64,000 nucleotides of DNA from Octopus sinensis (Eukaryota). Below, one piece after another: positions 24,984 through 36,202 of this stretch; the stretch's first letter is position 1; every line of letters begins with the position of its first letter. The translations under genes and the position numbers were made by a program. The notes below the pieces were generated by a model that saw only the letters and a list, made by a program, of their open reading frames with translations, ran no database searches and was not told the origin of the DNA. The stretch covers positions 44,144,001-44,208,000 of the forward strand of contig NC_043007.1 of the NCBI RefSeq assembly GCF_006345805.1. The letters are read 5' to 3'.

Positions 24984-25344
24984 TATATATATACACACAT
25001 ATATATATATGTATGTATGTATGTATGTGTGTATATGTGTATGCATGTATGTGTGTGTGTGTGCGTGTCTGTGCTTGTGATTGTCCTCCACCACTGCTTG
25101 ACAACGAATGTTGGTTTGTTTACATCCCTGTCACCTAGTGGTTTGACAAAGGAAACAGATAGAATAAGTACAATGCTTACAAAAATAAAACTGGAGTTGA
25201 TTCATTAAACTACAATTCTAAAAGGCATTGCCCCAGCATGGCCACAGACCAATGGCTGGAAAAAGCAGAAGAATAAAAGAATACATTCTCTGCTTTGGTC
25301 AAGGCATGAGAAAGCTTGAGTTTACATGAGAAGGCCTAACAGAC

Positions 25345-25715
25345 CTGGTAGAAACAGCAGCCAAATCTCCCTCAAATCACACCTTACTGTCTTATGTATG
25401 TATATATATATATGAGCCAATGAGGGGGACCTCTACATGGTAGCTAGACCTGGTAGAAATAGCAGCCAAATTTCCCCCAAATCACACCTTACTGTCTTAT
25501 CTATGTATATATGTATGTATGAGCCTATGAGGGAGACCCCTACATGGCAGCTAGACCTGGTGTAGAAATAGCAGCCAAATTCCCCCCAAATCACACCTTA
25601 CTGTCTTATCTATGTATATGTATGTATGAGCCTATGAGGGAGACCCCTACATGGCAGCTAGACATGGTAGAAATAGCAGCCAAATCTCCCTCAAATCACA
25701 CCTTACTGTCTTATC
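25345..25715. repeat. About 3.5 tandem copies of an approximately 105-110-bp SINE-derived unit
   Basis: gtagaaatagcagccaaat...caaatcacaccttactgtcttat recurs four times. Confidence 0.9.
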
Positions 25716-25744
25716 TTTCTGCTACTTGGATATAGGTGTTATAT

Positions 25745-26221
25745 TCGTCGTAAAAAAACTTTCCTGTCACACACTCACGCACACGCACACACACACACAC
25801 ACACACGCACCCTCACACACACACACACGCGCACACCCACACACACACACGCACGTTAGCTTACAATTTTATTTATATATTTGCGTGTCTATGTGTTGAA
25901 AGAGGAAGTGGGAGGCAGAGTGAAAGAATCACTCACTACAGTAAGTCAATTACTTTCATTTTATTCGTTGCCCACTGTGTGTGTGCGTTTGCGTGTGGTG
26001 TAAACCAGACTAAGAAAAGCATTTGACACACACACCAGAATGTGAGTTTTCTGTAAATTTTGCTTAATTGGAGTTTAAATTTTAAAAACTGGACCTGGCA
26101 TGACGCGATGCATTGTACTCTAAAAAATGGTAGGTAAATTGTAATTGAAGAAATGCTATATTGTAGATTTGTATAACTCCCAAAGGGAGGCAGATAAAAT
26201 CTGCCTTTTATAATAAGAGAT
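25745..26221 (-). mobile_element. Helitron-like 5' portion, second copy
   Basis: About 270 bp nearly identical to 21225-21497. Confidence 0.6.
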
Positions 26222-26240
26222 GATAACTAATTTCACTTAC

Positions 26241-26313
26241 CACTTATTACTCCAGAGCTTCCTGGCATATCAGCAGCAAAGTGAATGTGATTTCTTTGCA
26301 TTGTTTTCAAACC
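26241..26313 (-). CDS. TRPT1: TRPT1 exon (GLKTMQRNHIHFAADMPGSSGVIS-G)
   Basis: ttttcag acceptor, G|gtaagt donor, phase 0/1. Contains the GLxxMxRxHIHF motif. Confidence 0.95.
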
Positions 26314-27854
26314 CTGAAAATATGAAAATATAAATATTACAAATCTAATTTAATTCTCACAAAATATGCAAAAGAAAATTCACTCTGCCTCTCTTTACAA
26401 ATCTTCTGCTGCCTCTTCTCAGGCACTTTCTTTTTTTTTCTCTCATCACCTATATATTGTCCCCGCTTTCAGGGCCCTCACTAGTTCTTCAGTGAAGGTT
26501 TCAGCTAGTCCTTCCTTCTTAGAATGCCAGCTCCCTTTGAATTTACTCCCCGTTTATTTTTGATTGGAGTTGTCAACTTCAACTGTTCAAGAAAAACTTA
26601 ACTGTATTGACCTCACCAGCACTTGAAGGGCTTGCAAAGGCCATAAGTACAATTCATTCCTCCTGATTAAACCAAGGAAATAAAAAAAGAGGGTACATTA
26701 ATTCCTTTATTACCATATTTCTGCTGAAATTCACTTTTTTGTTTTAGTTTATTTTGAAAATAATGAATTTAATAAAATAATTTTGCCATTATTTATAGCT
26801 GGTGTTATGAACAAAAATATGTTGGAAGGTTTTCAGTTAAGACCACTTCAAAACAGGAAGTTTGTAACTCAGGTCAGTTGATATCAAAAATGATTAATCC
26901 TTTAAATCCCTTATCAGAGCATATTTATTTACATCCAGTTCAGATAACAAGACATTACTAGCTTTTGATTAAATAGATATTGCAAGTTTTACATTTTTAA
27001 AGTAACTTTTGATTTATTGTCTTAGAAACTTCTCCACATTGATCAATTCTTTAATTTTGTTTTCACTGCTTTTTCAGTCATTAAACAGCAACCATAATAG
27101 ATTTTAGCTGATACTGACCCCTGTACTTTGGCACTTATTTATTTACCACATGCAACTCAGGCCTGTTCAAATAACTTACTTCTGGGAATTATATCAGTTA
27201 GAACAACTGCTTTCCACACCTCATTATTATTATTACTATTAATCATCTTCATGGCCATCATCAATATTTAGCATTTCCCATGCTGGCATGGATTAGATGG
27301 TTTGATTGGAACTGGTAAGCTGGAGAACTGCATCAGGATCCAGTCAGTTTTGACTTGGTTTTATGGTTGGATGCCCTTCCTAACACCAACCACTCCATAG
27401 AGTGTATTGGGTGCCCTTAATGTGACACCGGCACAGGTGCCTTTTATGCATGTTGGCATGCAGTAGGACTGAACCTGAAAACTTCAGGCCACAAAAACCA
27501 AGACTGTATTATATATAGGTACAGGCATGGTTATATGGTTAAGAAGCTTGCTTCCCAACCATGTAGTATTAAGTTCAGTCCCATCGAGCAGCACACTGGG
27601 TAAATGTTTCTACTATTGCCCCAGGGCTGACCATAGCCTTGTGAGTGGATTTGGTCAATAGAAACTGAAAGAAGCCTGTCATATATGAAAATATGTTTGT
27701 ATATATGGGCTGTGCATGTGTTTGTGTGCATATATCCTCTTGTCTCAACCTCCTGTGATGGTTCTAAATGTATGTCATTGTTATACAAGTGATGTCATTT
27801 GTTTAGTGAGAAATATGTTTGACCATGGGGTGAGGGTTGGTGACAGGATTTTCA

Positions 27855-28480
27855 GTTAAAAGCAGAATAGCATTTCTTTGCCACATCATATAGTAAGAAT
27901 GCTTATGATAGCACTGGTGGGACCATCAAGCACTTAACAGCATGAGAAAGTCTGCAGAAACCAGATCTTAACCCCAAAGCAGTTGTTTGAATTTTCCAGG
28001 AAAGAGATCAATATAGTAACCACTTTTTCTGTGGAGTTCAAGTCAGTTAACCAGATGTCACTGTTCACATTCAAAGGCATATGCAGAAACCATGAATTTT
28101 TTCCATGTAGTAATGATATACCCATGAGACTTGTATTTGGAAATCATTCATCAAAACTGCTACTGTAAGTTAATGTAAATATTATTTCAACTGAAGATAT
28201 CTACCAAAGTCATAGTATGAGTGTCAGTATGATAATGATTAGTACTTTGGAGTGGTAAATTATGTTTCAGCTGAACACTGATGTTAATGTAAAGTTCCTT
28301 CATCCCAAAGGTCCCACCAATCAGTTTTTCTGGCCAAAAAATGATATCAGTTGGATTCACATAGACGACATAATTGTGAATGTGGATCCTCCTTTTTCTG
28401 AAAGCACTAGCAATTGTTTTTATCATTTTTTGTGTGATGATATACAAAGTTTGATGTGGTATGTATTAGACTAGCAAATA
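27855..28480 (+). mobile_element. Fossil DDE transposase 3' part (Sola-like; superfamily uncertain)
   Basis: KAE*HFFATSYSKNAYDSTGGTIKHL (decayed WHFFATSHGKxxCDGxGGTxKR) and VKFLHPKGPTNQFFWP..DISWI. Confidence 0.7.
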
Positions 28481-29653
28481 GATTTTAATTAGTTTCATTT
28501 TCCATTGTATAATGCTATTTATGACTTTTTACTAGTTTTCTTAATTTTTCTTCAGCTTTGGAAGGAAAAATCCAGCCTAAGAAAACTTTTATGATTGTCC
28601 CATCAACTATCAATATGGGACTGGTAGAATTTTTCTTCTTTTCAACCCCGTGAATCTGTAAAGGCATTATAAAAGTATGAGCCTCCATTTGCCAATGACA
28701 TTGTACAATCAAAAGGTCAATATCCAAAGATTTTCAGAACTATCCTGCAAAACGAGTATTTCCATTCTGTGTCATTTTCAGGGGATGAAAATTGATATTT
28801 AGAGTAGTTTCAAATGCTGTACATTTACATTTCTATACTCACCACCAAGAGTATTTTCAGAATATGCATATAGTTCTATAAAGTTTCAACTTAGTGTTAA
28901 GAAGTTATTCTGGTTAAAAAGAAAAAAAAATTTCCACTTCATCCCATTTTTTACCATCTCATTACACAAGAACAGGCTTTTCAATAAGTAAATCCATGTA
29001 TTCTATTAAGATTTCAGATTAGATGTAAGATGTATTAAGATGTAAGATTAGAGAATCTGGGGCATTCACCAACAGTTGTTATTAAGTAACAGCTGCCTAA
29101 ACTAAATTTTTAATAAAAATAGCCCCTAAGATGTGGATTTTTGCAATTTTTGGTTAGAATTTTTTCTACATTGGCTCAATTAAAAAAATTGATATTTATT
29201 ACCGAAAGGACTTGGGATGGTTGGGATTAAAGGAACATACTTTGCAATGTATGTTATCAAACCTATTAATAAAAGAAATTCAATATTTCAAAAACTGCCT
29301 AAAACTTTAAATGGCCATAATATCTGACTGGTAAAAGCTATGGAGCTAAACTTTTCAGAAATCACTCCTCTCAAATGGTAAAATTTGAAGAAAATCTAAG
29401 AACCTCACAACAGAACCTTTTCTTCTATTCTTTTATTTGTTTCAGTTATTTGACTGCAGTCATGCTGGAGCACCTCCTTTAGTTGAGCAAATCGACCCCA
29501 GGACTTATTCTTTGTTAGCCTAGTACTTATTCTATCAGTCTCTTTTGCCGAACTGCTAAGTTATGGGGACATAAACACACCAGCATATACACACACACAC
29601 ATATTATATATATATATATATATATAAAAGACCAAAAAGGGTACGGGAGCCGC

Positions 29654-29678
<25 letters not shown>

Positions 29679-29684
<6 letters not shown>

Positions 29685-29796
29685 GTAAAAAAATACAAAC
29701 TGGGACAAGAACGCAAAACATTTAGAAGACGATACAAAAAACACCGTCTTCTAAATGTTTTGCATTCTTGTCCCAGTTGTATTTTTTTACATATAC
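29679..29796. repeat. Inverted repeat, about 52-bp arms and 13-nt spacer
   Basis: gtaaaaaaatacaaactgggacaagaacgcaaaacatttagaagacg inverted at 29745-29796. Confidence 0.9.
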
Positions 29797-29829
29797 ACAC
29801 ACACACACATATATATATATGTGTATATC

Positions 29830-29861
<32 letters not shown>

Positions 29862-29869
29862 ATATATAC

Positions 29870-30453
29870 ACATACGACAGGCTTCTTTCAGTTTCCATCT
29901 ACCAAATCCACTCAAAAGACTTTGGTCGGCCCAAGGTTATAGTAGAAGACACTTGCCCAAGGTGCTACGCAGTGGGAAAGAACCAGGAACCATGTGGTTG
30001 GTAAGCAAGCTACTTACCACACAGCCACTTCTTGCACCTTGAATTTTGAATTTTCACTGAAACGATCCATTTATCATTCATTTCCTCACTATCACTTCTC
30101 TGCTCATATAATAAGGGGTATATATATATATATATACAGACACACATATATGCCACTGCACTAAAAAAAACTGAAACAGTGTAGTGGATGAGCTATAGGG
30201 ATAGTCTGAGAAAACTACAGCTCTACTCCTTGGAGTGAAGGCATGACAGATATGCAATCATATACATATGGTAAATCCTAGAAGGGCTAGGTTTCTTTGA
30301 ATATGGCATGAAAAAGTTACTTTCCCATTGGGCTGCAGTTGTTGAAAACGATTGGTGATTACTCTCTTGATTAAAACTATTCAGATAAACATAGTTTAGA
30401 TCCATTTTTATATTCTTTCTGGCAAAACGCAATTACTTTCTGAACACCCTAAT
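29870..30453. repeat. Copy 1 of an approximately 580-bp inverted duplication (partner 50062-50640)
   Basis: The two 69-aa ORFs differ by one residue; the SINE junction and flanks are shared. Confidence 0.92.
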
Positions 30454-30471
30454 ATATATATTAATATACAT

Positions 30472-30751
30472 ATACAGGGGTTTTTTTCAATGGCGGCCCA
30501 TTTTCGCGGGGTTCCACTATTTCCCTTCTCTCTCTCCCTCTTTTACGTTGTCTGCCATCCCCCCTCTTCCTTTGCTAAGAGCATTTTTAAGCCAGCCCGT
30601 CATATTCCCGTGTCAGGCCGAAGAACGAAATGTTCCCAAGATAAGAGAGTCTTTCTAATCTAATGTTGTGGTTGAGCTGTTTATTATTTATTATTATTAC
30701 TATTATTATTAGTATTAGTATTGTCCCTTTGATCCTCGGTCGACAGTTTGC

Positions 30752-30794
<43 letters not shown>

Positions 30795-30968
30795 TTTCAG
30801 CTTCGCCTCGTATTGCATATTATTTCTCCATACAGGGGTTTTTTTCAATGGCGGCCCATTTTCGCGGGGTTCCACTATTTCCCTTCTCTCTCTCCCTCTT
30901 TTACGTTGTCTGCCATCCCCCCTCTTCCTTTGCTAAGAGCATTTTTAAGCCAGCCCGTCATATTCCCG
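30472..30968. repeat. 139-bp direct repeat (30472-30610, 30830-30968) around a (TTA)n tract
   Basis: Near-identical copies starting atacaggggtttttt. Confidence 0.9.
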
Positions 30969-31234
30969 GTGCACCCACCCTTGCCCACCCCCACCACCAA
31001 TACCGGATATCTCTATATTTTTGCTCCATCTATACCGGATGTCGCTTCTCCCACCACCATTATAGGTGTCTACTCTTCGAACCCCCCTCTTCAATACGCT
31101 ATTTCACCATGCATTACCCCTCTCTTGATATCCTACGTTCTACTTGCCTAGAACCTGTCATCATTTCTCTGAACCACCCCTCCCCACTGGTGCTCCCCTA
31201 TATTTCTGCACCCCCCCCCACAAAAAGCACCATC

Positions 31235-31460
31235 CGAACATGGCCGATGCCAGACCCCTCTGGCACCTGTGCAGGTGGCACGTAAAAAACACCCACTACA
31301 CTCGCGGAGTGGTTGGCGTTAGGAAGGGCATCCAGCTGTAGAAACACTGCCAGACTAGACTGGAGCCTGGGGCAGTCCCTAGCTCCCCAGACCCCGGTCG
31401 AAACCGTCCAACCCGTGCTAGCGCGGAAAACGGACGTTAAACGATGATGATGATGATGAC
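31235..31460 (+). mobile_element. RTE 3' UTR-derived SINE-like copy
   Basis: Same 3' tail sequence ending gatgatgatg. Confidence 0.8.
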
Positions 31461-31488
31461 ACACACACACACATACATATATACATAC

Positions 31489-31519
<31 letters not shown>

Positions 31520-33082
31520 TATACATACATACATACATATACACACACACACACATAGTAGTCATCGTCATGATGTAAAATTCAAAATTCATCAACTATT
31601 TAGTTTTGTCTATTCCAATCCAAGCACTGTATTTAGTAATGGAACATAGTAAAGTGGTACATTTACGGAAAAAAAAAAATCTCAATTCACAATTATTTGA
31701 GAAACATACGTTAGTATATTTTATTTAGAAATGTAACAACAGTGCTAATATTATCCAGAATGAGTAAAGAATAATGATATTTAACAAAAATATATTTTGT
31801 TTGAAAAATATCCTATTAGAACTTAATTCTTTTACTAAATCTTAACTAATGTTAGGCAGTGCTCCAGCATAGCCGCAGTCAAATGACTGAAACAAGTAAA
31901 AGAATAAAAGAACAAAAGCACTCAGAGAGTGCAAACCTCTGCCAAGGCAACACCGATGTCCTCTCAATGATTTTTAGAATGAGAATATCTGAAATAAACT
32001 CGACTGCTTTCACAAACAAGAATACTAAAAATAAACCTGACCGCTCTCAAAGTTTAAGTAAAAAAACTGGAAAAATAATCCAGAATCCTTGTCTGGTACC
32101 TGATCAATCCCAATGGTAGACATGGAATGTGTAGGTGGGTAAGTGGGCCGTGTTTGTAATGCTGTGTGTATGTCATCTGCAGTGGGAACAGGGACAGTTT
32201 TCTCTATGAAGGCCATTTTTAGTCTAACCACTGATATAGTGTCTTTATGACCATTAAGGTCTGCATGAAAGAAAATGGAAAGGACCTGCATATGGTGCTA
32301 GTGGAGGTTTAACAACATCGTTCCACACAAAAAGGTTGAGTCCAAGAAGTAAAGTTTCCTTGAAGGCGGAGCTAGAAATGCAATTGTCAAATAGGCAAGA
32401 GATTTTAAACAGAAGCGATATATTCAAAATTTATTATTGTTACTGAATATGTTAGTGTTATTTAATTTCTGAATGGTTTTGCTGCCGTTTGTCTATGTAG
32501 TTTAATTTCTTTATCCATCAGTTTCTCCTAAAATAGAGATGCGAGTACATTTAATAATAGAGAAACAAAAATAAAACTTTAGAAACAGCAATGCCACCAT
32601 AGCTTACATGAAACCACAAGCATGCTATCAAGGGAGATAATCAGAGAATGACTTGAAAGTCAACATAAGATTGTAATATTTCATGTAAAGTAAGATATAA
32701 CAAATAATCCAGAAGCCTTGTCCAGTACTGGATTGATCTCAAAATCTAATCAGTTTTTGCCAGTCACAAGGCCAAACATCCCTGAAAGTGTCATCTGAAT
32801 TCATCCAACAGTTCTTGAGATATCTTGTCCATGGACAAACAAGCACACATGACTGAAAACAATACCTCTACCTTCATTAAAATGGAGGTAATAAAATGCA
32901 GTCATAATCGTAGCAGTTGAAACTTTCTCTAGAAAACATCAAAATTTGAATATTGGCTAATCAATAAAAATTCAATATCAATAACTGATCTTTATTGATT
33001 CTATGACATATGTATATATTTTTATAGGCAATTCAAGATGCAAAAATTCTAATAAGAAATAAAGTAAAAGAACAGTACAAAC

Positions 33083-33181
33083 CTGCGTCCTTATTTTCTT
33101 CCAGTTTTCATAGTAAGTACCATGCAAAACGGTAGGATATTCGGAGGCATCAAAAATTTCTCTCAAATCAAGATTTTCCAA
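33083..33181 (-). CDS. TRPT1: TRPT1 exon (LENLDLREIFDASEYPTVLHGTYYENWKKIRTQ)
   Basis: ttttag acceptor, CAG|gtttgt donor, 99 bp, phase 0/0. Contains the HGT NAD-binding motif. Confidence 0.95.
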
Positions 33182-33375
33182 CTAAAACACAAAAATGAAA
33201 CTAGTTATATAAATTATGTATCAAAATTTGAAAGTATGCAAACTTATATATAAATAAAGGACATTAGAAAACTGAATAATAGCAACAAAATAATTTATCT
33301 AATGTCACAACTGCCATTATTATCCTTGACTGCTAGGATGAATGAACCAGAATTTTTTTTTCAAATTTAGTCTAA

Positions 33376-33578
33376 CCCTTTAGCATTCAGATTACTTTGT
33401 CAAACGTAAAGCTTATTTATTCAAATTAGTTTGACTTAATCATGCATTATCACAGCTTTGAAACTTCAATGATGTATATTTTTAGACTGACATTGAATGC
33501 TAGGTGTGAAAGGCTGAATTTGAAGATAAGGCAGGTAGAATATTTGGGGTTGATATGGCTGGTTTAAATGCTAAAAAG
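33376..33578. mobile_element. piggyBac-type MITE, same family as 11012-11230
   Basis: CCCTTTAGCATT ... AATGCTAAAAAG|TTAA termini and shared internal sequence in inverted orientation. Confidence 0.7.
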
Positions 33579-33923
33579 TTAAATCATTTCTAAATCACAA
33601 CAAAATTTATTAAGTTGTACAAAGAGGAGAGAAACAATGATGCTGGAATTTTTAAAAAATTACCCACCAACATCTCCTGTTCTCCAATCCCCACTCATTT
33701 CTATCCACCTGTCTTGAGGATCTACCCCGACACCTCGCCATCTCTATTTTTATCTCTTCCCAGTTCCATCTCAACCACACCTCTGTTATGTATTAAAAGA
33801 ATATGGTCAACTTATTCAATCTGAAAGAAAGTATGATGTCTATTGATGGTATTGTAATTGCTCCTCCAGCAATTAAGTTTCATGAGTAAGTAGAAATTAC
33901 TTGTTAGTTAGATATTGATTTAC

Positions 33924-34093
33924 CTTCAACGAATGGCCTTGGTTTGCTCGAATGAACATACGCTTTGATTTCTCATCCGTTTTCAAGTGAAACCGTTGTT
34001 TACTATCCTTTTCAACAATTGTCTCGATAACTTTTGAATTGGCATCCCGAAAATTTGGTAGCCGAAGTATTTCATCAACAGCCACAAATCCAC
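33924..34093 (-). CDS. TRPT1: TRPT1 exon (GFVAVDEILRLPNF...KDSKQRF...IRANQGHSLK)
   Basis: ttttag acceptor, AAG|gtaaat donor, phase 1/0. Contains the KQRF and IRANQGHS motifs. Confidence 0.95.
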
Positions 34094-35744
34094 CTAAAAA
34101 GAAGAAAGATTTAACAATGAAGCCTTGTGAGTGGATTTGGTAGACTGAAACTGAAAGAAGATGTGTGTGTGTGTGTGTGTGTGTGTTTTGAGAGAGATTG
34201 AGATTGTCCTCCCACCAACACTGCTAGATAACTGGTGTTATTTTGTTTATGTCCCCATAACTCAGAAGTTCAGCAAGAGACCAACATAATAAGTACTAGG
34301 TTTTTTAAAAAAATAATTAAATACTGGGGACTACTTGAATGACTAAAACATTTCAAAGTGAAGCTCCAGCATGACTGCAATAGTACTTTGTCAGAGTAGA
34401 GTTTATGTATTCTAAATATAATTGCACCTTATTTTGGAGAGGGTTAGCAAAAATATACAGATTCTTCAACAGTTTTGAAAATGTGTATTCCAGCTTCATT
34501 AATTGAGCTACTTACTAAATAATTAAGTGATTAAGTATTCCCCATCTGATGTATCCTTTGGGCAGAATCAGTATGATACAGCATGTCACAAGATCTTTCC
34601 CCAGTCATATAGATACATAGGGCTGGTATCCTGGTTTCTGTGGTGTATATATTTTCCCCACCTGGATGGGATGCCGGTCAGTTGCAGGGTTTTCATTTTT
34701 GCCAGCTGAATGGACTAGAGTGACGTGAAATGAAGTGTTTTGTTCAAGAACACTATGCATCGCCCAGTCCAGGAATCAAAACCACAATCTTATGATCATG
34801 AGCCTGAAGGTTGGCTCTTGAATTAAGTTTCTGTGTTTCAAATACCAATCACAGGGTAATAATATATTAAAAAACATTTGTCTAAAATGTCATGGAGTAG
34901 AATCAAGAGTAGTTGTTTAAATGAACATTATAAACAGGATCATACCTGCATCCATGGATCGGTAAATGATTAGAACTTAAATATTTTTCAGTCCATGAGG
35001 AGGAAACATAGTCCTAGGGTTATAATAATTTTTTCTGTTGTAAGCAGTGGCAGCACCATAGAAGTGAATGAGTTTTATTAACCAACAATGTAAAGATATA
35101 TGCCTCTAGGGAAAACATCTTGTCCAGGTGGAAAGTCTTCACCAATGGGATCCAAGCATTGCAGATGCCTATGTTAGAAAACTAACCTTATTTGGTCATA
35201 TTCCATGAGAGTAACTAAATCAGCCTATGAACTTCTTAGCTGACCATCATATACTTTGATCAAATAGGCAATATCCTACTAATTATTATGTCCCGGTAAT
35301 TTAAGTGGTCATATAGTATATACTTTTGTTTTGTGGATAAAATATTTCTACCCGGTTAATTGAGTTTTATTACTAGTCATTTGTCTGCATTTATTATGAT
35401 AAAAACAGAAAGACTTGGAGAAATTTATGTTTATAAAAGATCATGGGCTTGCTTCCACAATAAAAAAAATTTGAATTGCTAAAAGTATTCTAAGTCATTC
35501 TGCTGTGAAAATTCTACTCTGCTTTTTATCATTTCCCATGTATGCAGGAGCTGTTGCAATGATGCTCTATTGGAGTTTAAAGCCAATACCTTTAGATTAC
35601 AGGCACAAAATATATTCTGCTAACGAAGCTGCAATACATAATTTTCAGTTAATAAAAGTAGGTCAATGCACCAAAATTGACATTTATGTAGAACTAATGT
35701 AATATCTACTGTTACCTAAAATTATTATGTTACATCTATACAAG

Positions 35745-35972
35745 GTTATCTCCTCTGGACCAGACGAAAAAAAACCTTTCCAGTCTTGTAAAATAGCCTA
35801 AGCAGTAAATGGGGGGATCCAATTTCCCAGTGAGTAGCACTTGAAATGGACACATTTTGAGAAAATTTCTTAATAGCTATTTACCTACTGGAAAACTGGA
35901 TCTCCCTGTTTGCTGCTTAGGCTATTACAAGACTGTAAAGGTTTTTTTAGTCTCTGGTCCAGAGGAGATAAC
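35745..35972. mobile_element. Foldback MITE with about 95-bp imperfect TIRs
   Basis: GTTATCTCCTCTGGACCAGA ... TCTGGTCCAGAGGAGATAAC. No TSD seen. Confidence 0.8.
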
Positions 35973-36202
35973 ACGTCCTCATTAACATTTTTATACATTA
36001 GCAGTTAAACCTCATTATCCTAACGTTTCCTCACATCTGTAAAGTAGAAGATTAAATTTTGTCTTTGTATAGAGTCTAATGAGCTGTCCAAATGACTAGC
36101 TTTTATGGATACAAAACCATTGGTAACTCAATGACTAGAATTTAACTTTTTGTTTTATATATATATATATACATATCAATTAAATTTAAGGATAAAATCT
36201 GT

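Noticed and set aside
26465-26495. Minus-strand CUGAAGA...GAAA
   Set aside because: The intervening sequence does not form stem II and there is no NUH site or stem I pairing.
27934-28727. Minus-strand ORFs including FGVKIWFL, suggesting piggyBac
   Set aside because: Better explained as the antisense of the plus-strand DDE transposase fossil.
30223-30432. Duplicated 69-aa ORF as a small gene pair
   Set aside because: The identity reflects recent DNA duplication; TTG start, no splice signals and no recognisable homology.
30617-30640. CCGAAGA...GAAA resembling the U4C motifs
   Set aside because: The spacing leaves no room for stem II and the flanks do not pair.
32025-32291. 88-aa minus-strand ORF as an extra TRPT1 exon
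   Set aside because: It runs into a dispersed repeat, and the TRPT1 domain is complete without it.
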